Of a stretch of 64,000 nucleotides of DNA, positions 21,318 through 31,429 are shown in pieces; within the stretch, counting starts at the first letter, position 1; each line of letters opens with the position of its first letter. This DNA is from an uncultured Verrucomicrobiae bacterium (GTDB lineage: Bacteria > Verrucomicrobiota > Verrucomicrobiia > Chthoniobacterales > JAFAMB01). The notes under the pieces were generated by a model, which was not told where the DNA came from, did not search any database, and was given only the letters and a program-made list of their open reading frames with translations. The translations under genes and the position numbers were made by a program. The stretch is from NCBI GenBank assembly GCA_963793135.1, contig CAWBYX010000005.1, positions 129,203 to 193,202 on the forward strand. Direction: 5' to 3'.

Positions 21318-22529
21318 ATGGCTTGTTTCTCCCAGCGGCTGACGCCGCTCTCGAACGCTCCAGATTGGGACCAGCTCAATCGTTTTCAGGAAACAATGAC
21401 GCGGGAGGCGTTTGTTGATTTGCTTGACTCAGTTTACGCACCAAATGGAGCTGGAGCGCAGTGGATCAAGGTGGAAGCAACACGAGCCTTGATCCAGGAA
21501 AACGCATCGGACCAGTTCGTCCTCCAATTCGCTTCGAGCGCCGAATCGAGCAAAACGGTTCCCCGTTATTGGACCGCGGCAGCGGATTTGAGTGCGAACA
21601 ATGATCTTCCGCTGAGCGGGGTCAAGATCGCCATCGATCCGGGTCATCTAGGCGGAACCTGGGCCAAGATGGAAGAACGCTGGTTCCAAATCGGAAACTC
21701 GATCCCTGTAGCCGAAGGCGATCTGACCTTGCGCGTGGCCCAACTCCTGGTTCCCCGACTCCAGAGCCTTGGCGCAAAAGTAACCTTGGTTCGATCATCT
21801 CCCGGACCGGTCACAACTGTCCGTCCCGATGAGCTGAATACCCAGGCCGAAGCTTCGTTGCGCGAGAGCGGGATCAAAAATATTCTCCCTTCCTATGCCG
21901 GCCCGGACGATCCAAATCGCGAAGATTCTATCCCATGGGAAGCCGAAAGATTGTTCTATCGTGTCGATGAGATCCACACCCGGGCTCAGATCATCAATGA
22001 GAAAATCAAACCGGACCTCGTGCTCTGCCTTCATTTCAATGCCGAACCTTGGGGTACTCCCGCTCATCCGGTGCTGGTATCGGTGAATCACCTCCACTTG
22101 TTGATCAATGGCGCGTACAGCTCCGGCGAACTTGGTTTTGACGACGAGCGTTTCGCCATGTTGTGGAAACTTCTGGATCGGACCTATCCCGAAGAGTTGG
22201 CTTGCTCCGAATACGTGGCTGAGTCGATGGCCCGGATTACCGGTCTCCCGCCCTATCGTTATTCCAGTCCCAACGCGAAATCAGTTGGCTGGTCAGGCTA
22301 TGTCTGGGCTCGCAATCTGTTGGCGAACCGTCTCTACGAATGTCCGGTCATCTTTATCGAGGCCTACGTGATGAACAGCCAGGAGTTCTTTGCCCGATTC
22401 CAGGCCGGAGAGTACGAAGGTGTTCGAAATTTTGGCGGAGTCATGCGGCAGAACATTTTCGAAGAGTACGTTCAGGGAACGGTGGAGGGCATCGCAGCCT
22501 ATTTTCGAGGCACTCGCGGCAAAAGGTGA
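21318..22529 (+). CDS. N-acetylmuramoyl-L-alanine amidase (Amidase_3-like); true start uncertain
   Basis: 403-aa ORF. Contains IAIDPGHLGG and LCLHFNAEPWG (Amidase_3 zinc-site-like motifs). An in-frame hydrophobic lipobox-like stretch lies upstream of the first ATG. Confidence 0.7.
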   Translation: MACFSQRLTPLSNAPDWDQLNRFQETMTREAFVDLLDSVYAPNGAGAQWIKVEATRALIQENASDQFVLQFASSAESSKTVPRYWTAAADLSANNDLPLSGVKIAIDPGHLGGTWAKMEERWFQIGNSIPVAEGDLTLRVAQLLVPRLQSLGAKVTLVRSSPGPVTTVRPDELNTQAEASLRESGIKNILPSYAGPDDPNREDSIPWEAERLFYRVDEIHTRAQIINEKIKPDLVLCLHFNAEPWGTPAHPVLVSVNHLHLLINGAYSSGELGFDDERFAMLWKLLDRTYPEELACSEYVAESMARITGLPPYRYSSPNAKSVGWSGYVWARNLLANRLYECPVIFIEAYVMNSQEFFARFQAGEYEGVRNFGGVMRQNIFEEYVQGTVEGIAAYFRGTRGKR

Positions 22530-22634
22530 AACGGGTCGGCGGGTCGGCGTGGGAAGAAGATTATCGGCGTTGAAGGGTAAGACCCCGTCTTCTTCATCGC
22601 CGATACGCCCTACGCCGACCCGCCGACCCGTTTC
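22528..22634. repeat. perfect 23-bp inverted repeat (TCGGCG words) starting inside the amidase stop codon
   Basis: GAAACGGGTCGGCGGGTCGGCGT (22528-22550) and ACGCCGACCCGCCGACCCGTTTC (22612-22634). Possible terminator. Confidence 0.9.
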
Positions 22635-22793
22635 TCCTGGCCGTCGCACATTTCTTCGGCCACGAATATTATTTATGTAGCGCACTGAAGTCCTGTCGAT
22701 TATCTAGGTAGCCGAGTTGTGCCAGTGCGAGCCACGTTGGCCGTCTGGATTCCCCACATCTCGTCAACCAAATTGATTCATCCTTCCCCCCTT

Positions 22794-23765
22794 ATGATAA
22801 AACTAAAACCGCTCTATGCGTTTCTGAGTCTGCTCACCGTTTCCCTGGCATTTATTCCCTCGAATGGGCAATGCGCAGGAACAGATAAACCACTTAAGCT
22901 GGCAATTCTTGCCAACAGCGCGTCGGATTTCTGGACTTACGTCAAGGCCGGGGCTGAGAAAGCGACGCAAGAAGAACCGAACATCAGCGTCGATGTGAAG
23001 CTCGTACCGGATGGAACACCGGCCGAACAAACCCGAATCTTTGATGATCTTCTGGTCAAAGGAACGGACGGAATTGCCATCAGCCCGCTGGATTCCGCCA
23101 ACCAGGCCGCCATGATCGACCGCGGCACCGAGAAAGCGCTGATCTCCACCACGGACAGCGATGCCGCGACCAGCAAACGAGCGTTCTACGTCGGAACGAG
23201 TAATGTCGACGCGGGTCGCCAGGCCGGCGAACTGATCAAGAAGGCCATTCCGGACGGAGGCAAGATCATGATCTTCGTCGGTAAGCGCGACGCTCAGAAT
23301 GCCAAAGAGAGGATTCAAGGTCTGGAAGAGGTTTTGAAAGGGAGCAATGTCTCTGTCATTGATGTTCGCACCGATGATACGGATCGAGTTCGCGCGCGGC
23401 AAAACGTCGCGGACACCCTGGTCAAATATCCTGATATTGCCTGCCTGGTCGGCATCTGGAGCTATAACGGCCCAGCCATCGTCAACTCTGTCAAGAGCGC
23501 CGGCAAAGTCGGTAAAGTGAAGGTGGTTACCTTCGACGAAGAAGATGACACGCTACAAGGCATCAAAGACGGGGTGGTCGAGTCAACGGTCGTTCAGAAT
23601 CCTTACGAATTCGGTCATCAATCCACCTTGCTCCTCGCCAAGAAGTTGCGCGGAGAAGACGCCCAAATTCCCGAAAACAAGCAAGTGATTGTTCCGACCC
23701 GCGCGATCGACAAAAGCAACGTCGATGAGTTTTGGGCGAACTTGAAAAAACTTCGCGGGCACTAA
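22794..23765 (+). CDS. sugar ABC transporter periplasmic binding protein (type I PBP, RbsB-like)
   Basis: ORF 22719-23765. I place the start at the ATG at 22794 (MIKLKPLYAFLSLLTVSLAF signal peptide). PBP1 fold motifs are present, and it is followed by ATPase and permease genes. Confidence 0.8.
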   Translation: MIKLKPLYAFLSLLTVSLAFIPSNGQCAGTDKPLKLAILANSASDFWTYVKAGAEKATQEEPNISVDVKLVPDGTPAEQTRIFDDLLVKGTDGIAISPLDSANQAAMIDRGTEKALISTTDSDAATSKRAFYVGTSNVDAGRQAGELIKKAIPDGGKIMIFVGKRDAQNAKERIQGLEEVLKGSNVSVIDVRTDDTDRVRARQNVADTLVKYPDIACLVGIWSYNGPAIVNSVKSAGKVGKVKVVTFDEEDDTLQGIKDGVVESTVVQNPYEFGHQSTLLLAKKLRGEDAQIPENKQVIVPTRAIDKSNVDEFWANLKKLRGH

Positions 23766-23801
23766 CCGAGGCAGACACCAGCCTGCGTTTGACATTGCGT
23801 T

Positions 23802-25358
23802 GTGCCGGAACCCATCCTCGAGCTCAAAGGAATCAGCAAGCGTTTCCCGGGCGTCGTTGCACTGAGTGAAGTCAACCTCTCGGTCTCTCCCGGAGAGGTG
23901 GTCGCACTGATCGGCGAAAACGGCGCCGGGAAATCGACGCTGATGAAGATCCTTGGAGGCGTCTACCAGGCCGACGAAGGCAGTATCCGGGTTGATGGGC
24001 ACGAGGTGCAGATCCGTCATGTGGCTGACGCCCAGAAACTGGGCGTCAGTCTCATTCATCAGGAATTAAACAACCTCGATAATCTCGATATTGGCGGAAA
24101 CATTTTCCTGGGGCGTGAACCGCTTTCGGGTGGTTTTCTCCGCTTGGTGGATCGCAAAAGGATTGCCGAAGAATCTCGCGGTTACCTTGAAAAAGTCGGT
24201 CTGAATCTTCCTCCTTGGACCTCTCTGAGTTCTCTCTCAATCGCCCAGCAGCAGCTGGTCGAAATTGCCAAGGCACTCTCGACCAATGCCCGCATCATCG
24301 TCATGGACGAGCCGACTTCCTCCTTGACGCTCACGGAGACAAATCGCCTCTTTCATTTGATTGCTGAATTGAAGAGCGCCGGAGTCAGCGTGATCTATAT
24401 TTCTCATCGCCTGATGGAGGTCAATGCCTGCGCCGATCGCGTTGTCGGTCTCCGGGATGGAAAGAACTCGGGACAACTCCAAAAGTCGGAAATCAATCAT
24501 GACAATATGGTCCGGCTCATGGTCGGCCGGAATATCGATCTGAAGAGGACCGAAACACGTCTGGGCGACCCGAAAAACCGGATCGAGTTTCGGGACATCA
24601 TCTCGCCGTTTTTCCCTAGCCACTCGATCAACCTGGATATCCGCCAAGGTGAGCTTCTGGGCCTCGCAGGTCTGGTGGGGGCCGGCCGTTCCGAGCTTGC
24701 CATGACAGTCTTCGGAATCGCCCGACCGCTCGGAGGAGAGATCGTGATCGATGGGAAAGCCGTCCAGGTTCATTCGCCGCGAGATGCTATCGCGCACGGT
24801 ATTTATCTCGTTCCGGAAGACCGTCGGAGAAACGGGTTGATTACCACCATGGCCGTCCGGGAAAACGTAACCCTCCCTAATCTCTGGCGCTATGCCAGCT
24901 TCGGTGTGATCTCCTACGGAAGTGAATTGCGCACCGCAGAGGAACAGCGGAAAAAGCTCTCGATCAAAACGGCTTCCTGCGAAACTCTGGCCAAAAATTT
25001 AAGCGGCGGCAACCAACAGAAACTGGTCCTCGCCAAATGGCTTTCGCTGAACCCAAAGCTGATTATTTTTGACGAGCCGACCCGCGGCGTCGATGTCGGC
25101 AGCAAGGCGGAGATCTATCGACTGATGAGGAATTTGGCCGACAGCGGGGTGTTTATCCTGATGATCAGCAGCGATATGGAAGAGGTTTTAGGCGTCAGCG
25201 ACCGGATCGCCGTGATGCGAGAGGGCGCCCTGATGGGGGTTCTCGAAGCTCAGGATTTCAGTGAAGAGGCGGTCATGCGGCTGGCCGTCGCACCCGTCCA
25301 GAGTAAGGAAAATCTGCCGACGTCAGCTCACCCAACTCCCACGGAGATCCGAACGTGA
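23802..25358 (+). CDS. sugar ABC transporter ATP-binding protein, duplicated ATPase (RbsA/MglA-like)
   Basis: 518-aa ORF. Walker A GENGAGKST, signature LSIAQQQ / LSGGNQQK, and Walker B IIVMDEPT / LIIFDEPT. Confidence 0.9.
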   Translation: MPEPILELKGISKRFPGVVALSEVNLSVSPGEVVALIGENGAGKSTLMKILGGVYQADEGSIRVDGHEVQIRHVADAQKLGVSLIHQELNNLDNLDIGGNIFLGREPLSGGFLRLVDRKRIAEESRGYLEKVGLNLPPWTSLSSLSIAQQQLVEIAKALSTNARIIVMDEPTSSLTLTETNRLFHLIAELKSAGVSVIYISHRLMEVNACADRVVGLRDGKNSGQLQKSEINHDNMVRLMVGRNIDLKRTETRLGDPKNRIEFRDIISPFFPSHSINLDIRQGELLGLAGLVGAGRSELAMTVFGIARPLGGEIVIDGKAVQVHSPRDAIAHGIYLVPEDRRRNGLITTMAVRENVTLPNLWRYASFGVISYGSELRTAEEQRKKLSIKTASCETLAKNLSGGNQQKLVLAKWLSLNPKLIIFDEPTRGVDVGSKAEIYRLMRNLADSGVFILMISSDMEEVLGVSDRIAVMREGALMGVLEAQDFSEEAVMRLAVAPVQSKENLPTSAHPTPTEIRT

Positions 25359-26399
25359 GGCCCAAAAAAGAGCTTGGAATGGTGCTGATCTTCGCGGGGC
25401 TCTTCGTCGGCTACGCTTTGCTGGAAGCATCTCAAAGAGGGTTGGCCGCCACCTTCGCAAACCCGGTTTTTCTGGGTCAGGCCAACCTTTTGAACCTGAC
25501 CAGATCAATTGGATTGTTTGGCATCTTCAGCGTCGCGATGGGCACAGTGATCATTACCGGTGGAATCGATCTCTCGGTGGGCTCGATGTTTGCCTTGCTT
25601 GGGTGTCATTCTAGCTTACCTGCTCGGACCGGATAACATTCCGTGGCCCGTGTCGGTTGGGCTCATCATATTGCTCGCGATGGTGATTGGCCTGTTTCAC
25701 GGACTCCTGGTTTCTCGCGCGCGCCTCCAGCCCTTCGTGGTGACCTTGTGTGGTCTGCTTGCTTATCGAGGGCTCGCCCGGTTTATCTCGTCGGATCAAA
25801 CGGTCGGGTTCGGCAGCAACACTGGTTTTGAGCTCCTTCGAACGCTGGCGACGGGAAGCATTTTTAACCTGCCGGCTCCGTTCATCCTTTTTGTCGCTGT
25901 CTGCATGGTCATGGGAGTGGTGCTCCATCGCTCGGTCTATGGCCGGTATCTTTATGCCATCGGGCGGAACGAAGAAGCGGCCCTTTACTCCGGAATCAAC
26001 ACCAAGCTCGTCGTGACCAGCGCCTACGTACTCTGCGCCCTCCTGACCGGGATTTCCGCCATCCTGATCGGCTTTTACACGAACTCCATTTCGCCGGCCA
26101 GCCACGGAAATTTTTTTGAGCTCTATGCCGTCGCTGCGTGCGTGCTGGGCGGTTGCAGCTTGCGGGGAGGTGAAGGCAGTATCCTCGGCATCTTTATCGG
26201 GACCGCGATGATTCAATTGCTCCGCAATATTGTGAACCTGCAAGGGATTGATAGCTCCTTGGAATTCGTGGTGATGGGCGGAGTCATCATGATCGCCGTG
26301 AGTCTTGACCAAGTCTTGGGGGCGCGCCGAAGAGCCCGCGAAGCCCGCGTGGACATGAAGGGGGCGCCCGTCGAAACGGCCCCTGCGGCCAAACCGTAA
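25355..26399 (+). CDS. sugar ABC transporter permease (RbsC-like), one frameshift as sequenced
   Basis: ORFs 25355-25636 and 25560-26399. The sequence ...ITGGIDLSVGSMFALLG continues as VILAYLLGPDNIPWP in the next frame. The junction is at GGG 25601-25603. The GTG start overlaps the ATPase stop codon (GTGA). Confidence 0.8.
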
Positions 26400-26421
26400 A
26401 TCACCAGAGAGAATAACAAAG

Positions 26422-26899
26422 ATGAGCACTTTAGTCGTCGTTGGTTACGATCATCCCGATAAAGCGGAAGAGGTTCGTCTTAAACTGCATGAAGCTGGAA
26501 AGCGAACACCTCTTGGATCTTGCAGATCTGGTTGTCGCCGTCCAGGACGAGAAAGGGAAGGTCAGGCTGCATCAATCCGGAAATCTGACTGCCGACGGCG
26601 TGGCAATTGCCGGCTTCTGTGGCTCTCTGACCGGGTTGATATTCCAGAATGCCGCAGCCGGCGCTGCTTCCGGGGCGCTGACCGATGTGGGAATTAACGA
26701 GCACTTCATGAAGGAGTTGTCCGCCACGCTCAGACCCAGCAGTTCAACCCTGTTTGTGCTGTTAAGGAAACCGACCACGGACCGGGACAAGGTCCTGGAA
26801 GAGCTGAACGGAACCGGCGGGAAGGTCTTGAAAACCTCGCTTTCTCACCAGGACGAAGCCAAATTGCAGGCCACCCTTCATGGGGAATGCCTGATATAA
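26422..26899 (+). CDS. DUF1269-family membrane protein, one frameshift as sequenced
   Basis: MSTLVVVGYDHPDKAEEVRLKL (frame 1) continues as KLESEHLLDLADLVVAVQDEKGKV...GALTDVGINEHFMKEL (ORF 26441-26899). The junction is at about 26485-26494. Confidence 0.7.
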
Positions 26900-26920
26900 A
26901 GAGCGGCAAAGCTACGGGGC

Positions 26921-27126
26921 AGGGCGAGGCCAGGTAGGGCGAGGCTCCGTCCGAGCCGGGGCTTCCCGGGTCATCCTGCCCCGTGATATCACCCCCTATA
27001 CCAGATACTTGGGTCCGCCTTAACCCGCGCCGGACACCAGGGTAGAATTCTTGGGCGAGGCGGCAAGCCCCGGCTCGGACGGAGCCTCGCCCTACCAGAG
27101 CCTCGCCCTACCAGAGCCAGCCCTAC
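26921..27126. repeat. palindromic element with a perfect 32-bp inverted repeat (GGGCGAGGC family)
   Basis: GGTAGGGCGAGGCTCCGTCCGAGCCGGGGCTT (26933-26964) is the exact reverse complement of 27065-27096. The spacer is 100 nt. Flanking tandem (A)GAGCC(TC)GCCCTACC units are present. Confidence 0.95.
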
Positions 27127-27210
27127 CGCAAGAGCTTGCTGATGAAGTCGTGAAATGAGCGGTTGCTTTCTATCCCATCGAGATATAACCTCACCGCTCC
27201 TGTTGATAAA

Positions 27211-27285
27211 CGGGCTGTGGCTCAGCTTGGCTAGAGCGCCACGTTCGGGACGTGGAGGCCGTGGGTTCGAATCCCACCAGCCCGA
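27211..27285 (+). tRNA. tRNA-Pro (anticodon CGG)
   Basis: CGGGCTGTGGCTCAGCTTGGCTAGAGCGCCACGTTCGGGACGTGGAGGCCGTGGGTTCGAATCCCACCAGCCCGA. Folds as a cloverleaf with anticodon loop TT-CGG-GA. Confidence 0.93.
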
Positions 27286-27339
27286 TTCATTTGCTGCAAG
27301 TGCGTGGCGCGTACGAAAGTGCCTGTCAATGACAGTTTT

Positions 27340-28575
27340 CTAGTCCCCGTTCGATTTTGTGTCGGCTCCGGGCTGATCGTTCCCAGCTTTCTTTTCGCTG
27401 CTCAACGCGAGGCCTGATTTCTCAGCCACCAGAAGGCTTAGCAAAGCTGGCAGAAGTCCGTTGAGCGCGTTTCCTCCGGCCGGCTTCTCCCCGTTACCGC
27501 CGCTTCCTCCGCCGAGCATAAACATACGTTCCGGTACCAGGGGCTGAACACTCTTGGAGAGTTGTTCTCCCAACAGGTTGAGCGCAAACAGCCTTGGCTC
27601 GCCATAGGCCGCAATTTTTTTCCGGTTCACTTCGGCCTCGGCTTCACCGACCTGCGAAACCCGGGAGGCTTCACCCCGACCCTCCAGTTCCCTCGCCTGG
27701 CTTTGACCGTCGGCGCGCGCGATGTCACGTTTCGCGAGTCCCTCAGCTTCGGCAAGCTCCGCGGCGCCTTTATTCTTCGCAATCTCGATCGCGATTTTGG
27801 TTCCGGTCAGTTCCGCCTGCTTTTGGGCTATCGCCGTAGCCTCGTTCAGGGCCTTGAGCTGCGTTGCTGTCTCCTCCTGTCGGATATAAGTCGCTTTTTG
27901 CTCGTCAGCCAGGCGCCGGAGACGCAACTGATCAAAGAGACGATCGATCGGATCATCGGGGGCGCCCTTTTTCTGGGATTCCGGACGACCAATCAGTACC
28001 GCGATGCAGTTAATGTCGTAGGCTTTGAATCGATTCCCCAGCTCTTCAGTTGCCTGCTGTTGAATAGCTTCTCTCTTTACTAACAAATCGAGCATCGAGT
28101 TCTTTTGCGCGACATCCCTGAAGAAGGCGGTCAGGATCGGATCGAGAGTCTGGTGATCAGGCGCTTAACATTTCCGAATCTCTGAACCACGCTAGGAGCA
28201 CGTTCGTAGTCAATGTGGAGTACCAGCGACAGCGGAAGAAGCGGCTCGTAACCATCGGAAGTAACCAGTTCTATACTTCGGAGATCCTGATCGTACCTAT
28301 GAGATTCGGTTACGCCCGTGATCCACCGCAGGACAAAATTCACGGTCGGAACCGGCTCGACCTTTATCGCGTACAGGTTAAGCGCATACTTGCCGGGCGG
28401 CAGCGCCTTTTTCCAGACGCCACGTTCGTCGGTGCCAACCTGTTCTCCGTACCGCATCTTCGGTAATCACCACGAAGAGCGCTGTGTTAATTACATAGAC
28501 ACCTTCGTGCAAAGTGGCGCGTTGACGGCCGCGTTGACCCCCGTTTGCGGGGGTGATGCTGTTGGGCGAGGCCAA
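27340..28575 (-). pseudogene. SPFH/band-7 (flotillin/YqiK-like) gene remnant: N-terminally truncated, at least two frameshifts
   Basis: Three colinear pieces in different frames: 28378-28575 (..GGQRGRQRATLHEGVYVINTALFVVITEDA), 28131-28457 (RYGEQVGTDERGVWKKALPPGKYALN...VVQRFGNVKRLIT) and 27340-28095, whose frame extends upstream as DPILTAFFRDVAQKNSMLDLLVKREAIQ. There is no TM/N-terminal region; a repeat element abuts the 5' end. Confidence 0.75.
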
Positions 28576-28612
28576 GCGGGAAGCCCCGGCTCAGGCGGAG
28601 CTTCGCCCTACC
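28561..28612. repeat. single hairpin unit of the GGGCGAGGC family
   Basis: TTGGGCGAGGCcaagcgggAAGCCCCGGCTCAGGCGGAGCTTCGCCCTACC, near-identical to 27049-27096. Confidence 0.85.
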
Positions 28613-28692
28613 TGCACCGGCTCCATGAAAAACTGAGCAATCGGCACCGCGCATTGATTCTTTGCGCTGAAACAGGTAGACCGTGGGTCCAA

Positions 28693-30263
28693 GTGAACCA
28701 GGCTGAGATCATCTGCACCCTGCTGATCGTCGTCGCGGCCCTGGCCATCCTGGCGAAGAAAGTGGAGCTCCCTTATCCCGTGCTGCTGGTGATCGGCGGC
28801 CTGGCGCTCGGCTTCCTTCCGGGCTTGCCGGTAATGGAACTTCAACCGGATGTGGTATTTCTGTTCTTGTTGCCGCCATTACTCTATCCGGCCGCGGTCT
28901 TTACTTCCTGGCGGGATTTTCGCGCCAACTTGCGCCCGATCTTGCTACTCGCCATCGGGCTTGGTCTTGTTAACGACCGCGTTTGTGGCCATTGTCACGC
29001 ACTCTCTGACCGGATTGCCATGGCCTGCAGCCTTTGTTCTCGGGGCGATTATTTCGCCACCGGACGCTGTTGCAGCGACGGCCATCACCAGCCGTCTGCG
29101 CGTGCCGCGCACAATTGTCACCGTTCTGGATGGTGAGAGTCTCGTCAATGACGCCACCGCGCTCGTCGCCTACCGCTTCGCGATCGCCGCGATGATGAGC
29201 GGCACGTTTTCACTTCCTGAGGCCATCGGGCGCTTTTTCCTGGTCGCAGTGGGCGGCACCGGTATCGGGTTAGCTGTCGGCTGGCTTGCGACCCAGGTTC
29301 AGCGCCGTCTCGACGATCCGCCCGTCCAAATGACGATCTCGCTGCTGACGCCGTTTGCCGCTTACATTCCTGCCGAGCGTTTGCATCTTTCCGGCGTCCT
29401 GGCGGTCGTTGCTTCGGGACTGTTTATCGGCTGGCGCGGGCCGCAAATACTCACGGCCCGGACGCGGCTCAATATCTACGTCTTTTGGGAGATGATGGTG
29501 TTCCTTTTGAACGGTCTGGTCTTTGTCCTGATCGGTCTGCAACTGCCGCGGATTCTTCATACGCTTTCCGGGCGCTCGTTAAAGCAGCTGATCTGGCAAG
29601 GCGCAATCATCAGCTTCGTCGCCATCTTCATACGGATTGCCTGGGTTTTTACCTCGGCGAACCTCCTTCGTTTGGTCACCATCGCTCCAGGTCAGAGGCC
29701 GGCGTGGCAGAATACGGCAATTGTCGCCTGGACTGGGATGCGCGGTGTCGTGTCGCTGGCCGCCGCGCTGGCGGTGCCAATAACCCTTTCGAACGGCGAC
29801 CCTTTTCCCGGTCGGGACTACATTCTGTTCGTGACCTTCTGTGTGATCCTCGCCACGCTCGTGCTGCAAGGTTTGAGTTTGCCGGCGTTGATCCATCGGC
29901 TTGGCGTGGTCGATGATGGGCTCGCCAACATAGAAGAACGAACTGCGCGACTCAAAGCGAACGAGGCGGCGTTGGCTTATCTCGGGAGAAGTCGATCACA
30001 AGTTCACGCCAGACCTCGTCCAACGGCTTCGCGTTGAATACGACGACCGTATTCGCCAATTGGAAGTCTGTGCCAATGTCGATGGAAATACCGAGGATGG
30101 GATGGCCGCACCTTCCTACCAGCGTTTGCAGCAAGAAGCGCTCGATGTGGAGCGTAAGACCATCATCCAATTGCGCGATGAGTTTGTCATCAACGACGAA
30201 GTTTTGCGGCGTATCCAGGCCGACCTCGACCATGCCGAGGCAAGACTGCACGTCCGCGAGTAA
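28693..30263 (+). CDS. CPA1-family Na+/H+ antiporter, two frameshifts as sequenced
   Basis: GTG start at 28693 (VNQAEIICTLLIVVAALAILAKKVELPYPVLLVIGGL). Pieces end at 29136, 30037 and 30263. Junctions: ...LLLAIGL | VLLTTAFVAIV at about 28961-28965, and ...ALAYLG | EVDHKFTPDLVQRLRVEYDDRIRQLE at about 29984-29988. The ISPPDAVAA motif is typical of the family. Confidence 0.8.
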
Positions 30264-30405
30264 AAGACCGGCTCATCAACGCCTTTAGCCCTATCACGAT
30301 GAACCTCATTTCAGGCTGTCCTTTGAGTTGAGCAACGCTGACCACAGAATCTTGTGATTAAGTAGCTTGATCTCCACAACCTGTAGGGTATTCTGGCCGA
30401 AATTC

Positions 30406-31074
30406 ATGAACAAGTCTGCCTTTCAGCCCTTGCCCGTGCTGTTGAGAGCCGAGCCGAATGATGCTCGTGCGACCTCTCATTCAGCAATGATTTTACGCGT
30501 GATTGCAACTTTGGGAACCCTCTTTGCCCTCGGCGGGACGGTGGTGCTTTGTTTAATTGCCTTTAACGCCTTCCCGCCCAAGACGACAGAAGCAAAAATA
30601 CCCGTTAGTGCGCCTGTTCCCGATTCTTCCACGACAAAGGTATCCCCGACTGCCGTGGCTGATCAGGAGAACGGCGTTGAGATGCCGGCAATAAAGACAA
30701 CTCCATCTGATCCTGCCGTGACCGCAGACGATCATTCCATTATTGATCAAATACCCGCTCCCGCGCTGAATTCCAACTCACTTCCCGCGCCAGGGGTGTC
30801 TGCGAGTGATAGCGAGTTGCTGAACGAACAACGCCCTGAGAACGGCAGAGCAACTCTTGATCGACAATTTTCGGAGTCCACGCGCAAAGCCCTGGAGAAA
30901 AAGCGCCGCACCGCTGAGCGCCAGAGATTTCGATTGGAAGAAAGGTATCAGGAGCATGCGATTTCCAGCGAGGCTTACAAGAAGGGCCAGGAGAATTATA
31001 GGGTTCAAATCGATCGATATCGAAAGGAAATGAGTGCCTATCGAGGGCCCGACAATGACGCAGGGCAGGACTGA
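30406..31074 (+). CDS. hypothetical single-pass membrane protein with a charged helical (SHOCT-like) C-terminus
   Basis: ORF 30367-31074, with an ATG at 30406. One TM helix (ILRVIATLGTLFALGGTVVLCLIAF), a low-complexity linker, and a C-terminal ...AISSEAYKKGQENYRVQIDRYRKEM. Confidence 0.45.
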   Translation: MNKSAFQPLPVLLRAEPNDARATSHSAMILRVIATLGTLFALGGTVVLCLIAFNAFPPKTTEAKIPVSAPVPDSSTTKVSPTAVADQENGVEMPAIKTTPSDPAVTADDHSIIDQIPAPALNSNSLPAPGVSASDSELLNEQRPENGRATLDRQFSESTRKALEKKRRTAERQRFRLEERYQEHAISSEAYKKGQENYRVQIDRYRKEMSAYRGPDNDAGQD

Positions 31075-31429
31075 CTTGAATCAAGTCTCCGAGCAGGTAT
31101 CCGCAAGACAGTCGGAGAAAATCGAGAAGATCAAGCTGATTGCCTACCGTCTCTGGATAGCCAGACGTGAAGGCAACATCGCGGGCGATGCCGAAAGCGA
31201 TTACTTTCAGGCCGAGCAAATTCTAGTATCCAACCAGCATCTAAAGCGCTTTTTGCTGGGATCCTTTGGGTTTTCGGCGATGGCATTTGTCCTGGGCAGT
31301 TCAGAAGAACACTGCGCAAACGCCATGAACGCGGTCATCGGCCTTAATGAATTGGCGAACGATTGCGAGCTCAGCTCGGAGCTTCGTGAAAGATTGCTTT
31401 GGCCCCAGGAATCGGTGCGCGCAATGTGA
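31055..31429 (+). CDS. DUF2934-domain protein
   Basis: ORF 31034-31429, with an ATG at 31055. IKLIAYRLWIARREGNIAGDAESDYFQAEQ matches the DUF2934 signature. It overlaps the upstream ORF by 20 nt. Confidence 0.5.
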   Translation: MTQGRTDLNQVSEQVSARQSEKIEKIKLIAYRLWIARREGNIAGDAESDYFQAEQILVSNQHLKRFLLGSFGFSAMAFVLGSSEEHCANAMNAVIGLNELANDCELSSELRERLLWPQESVRAM

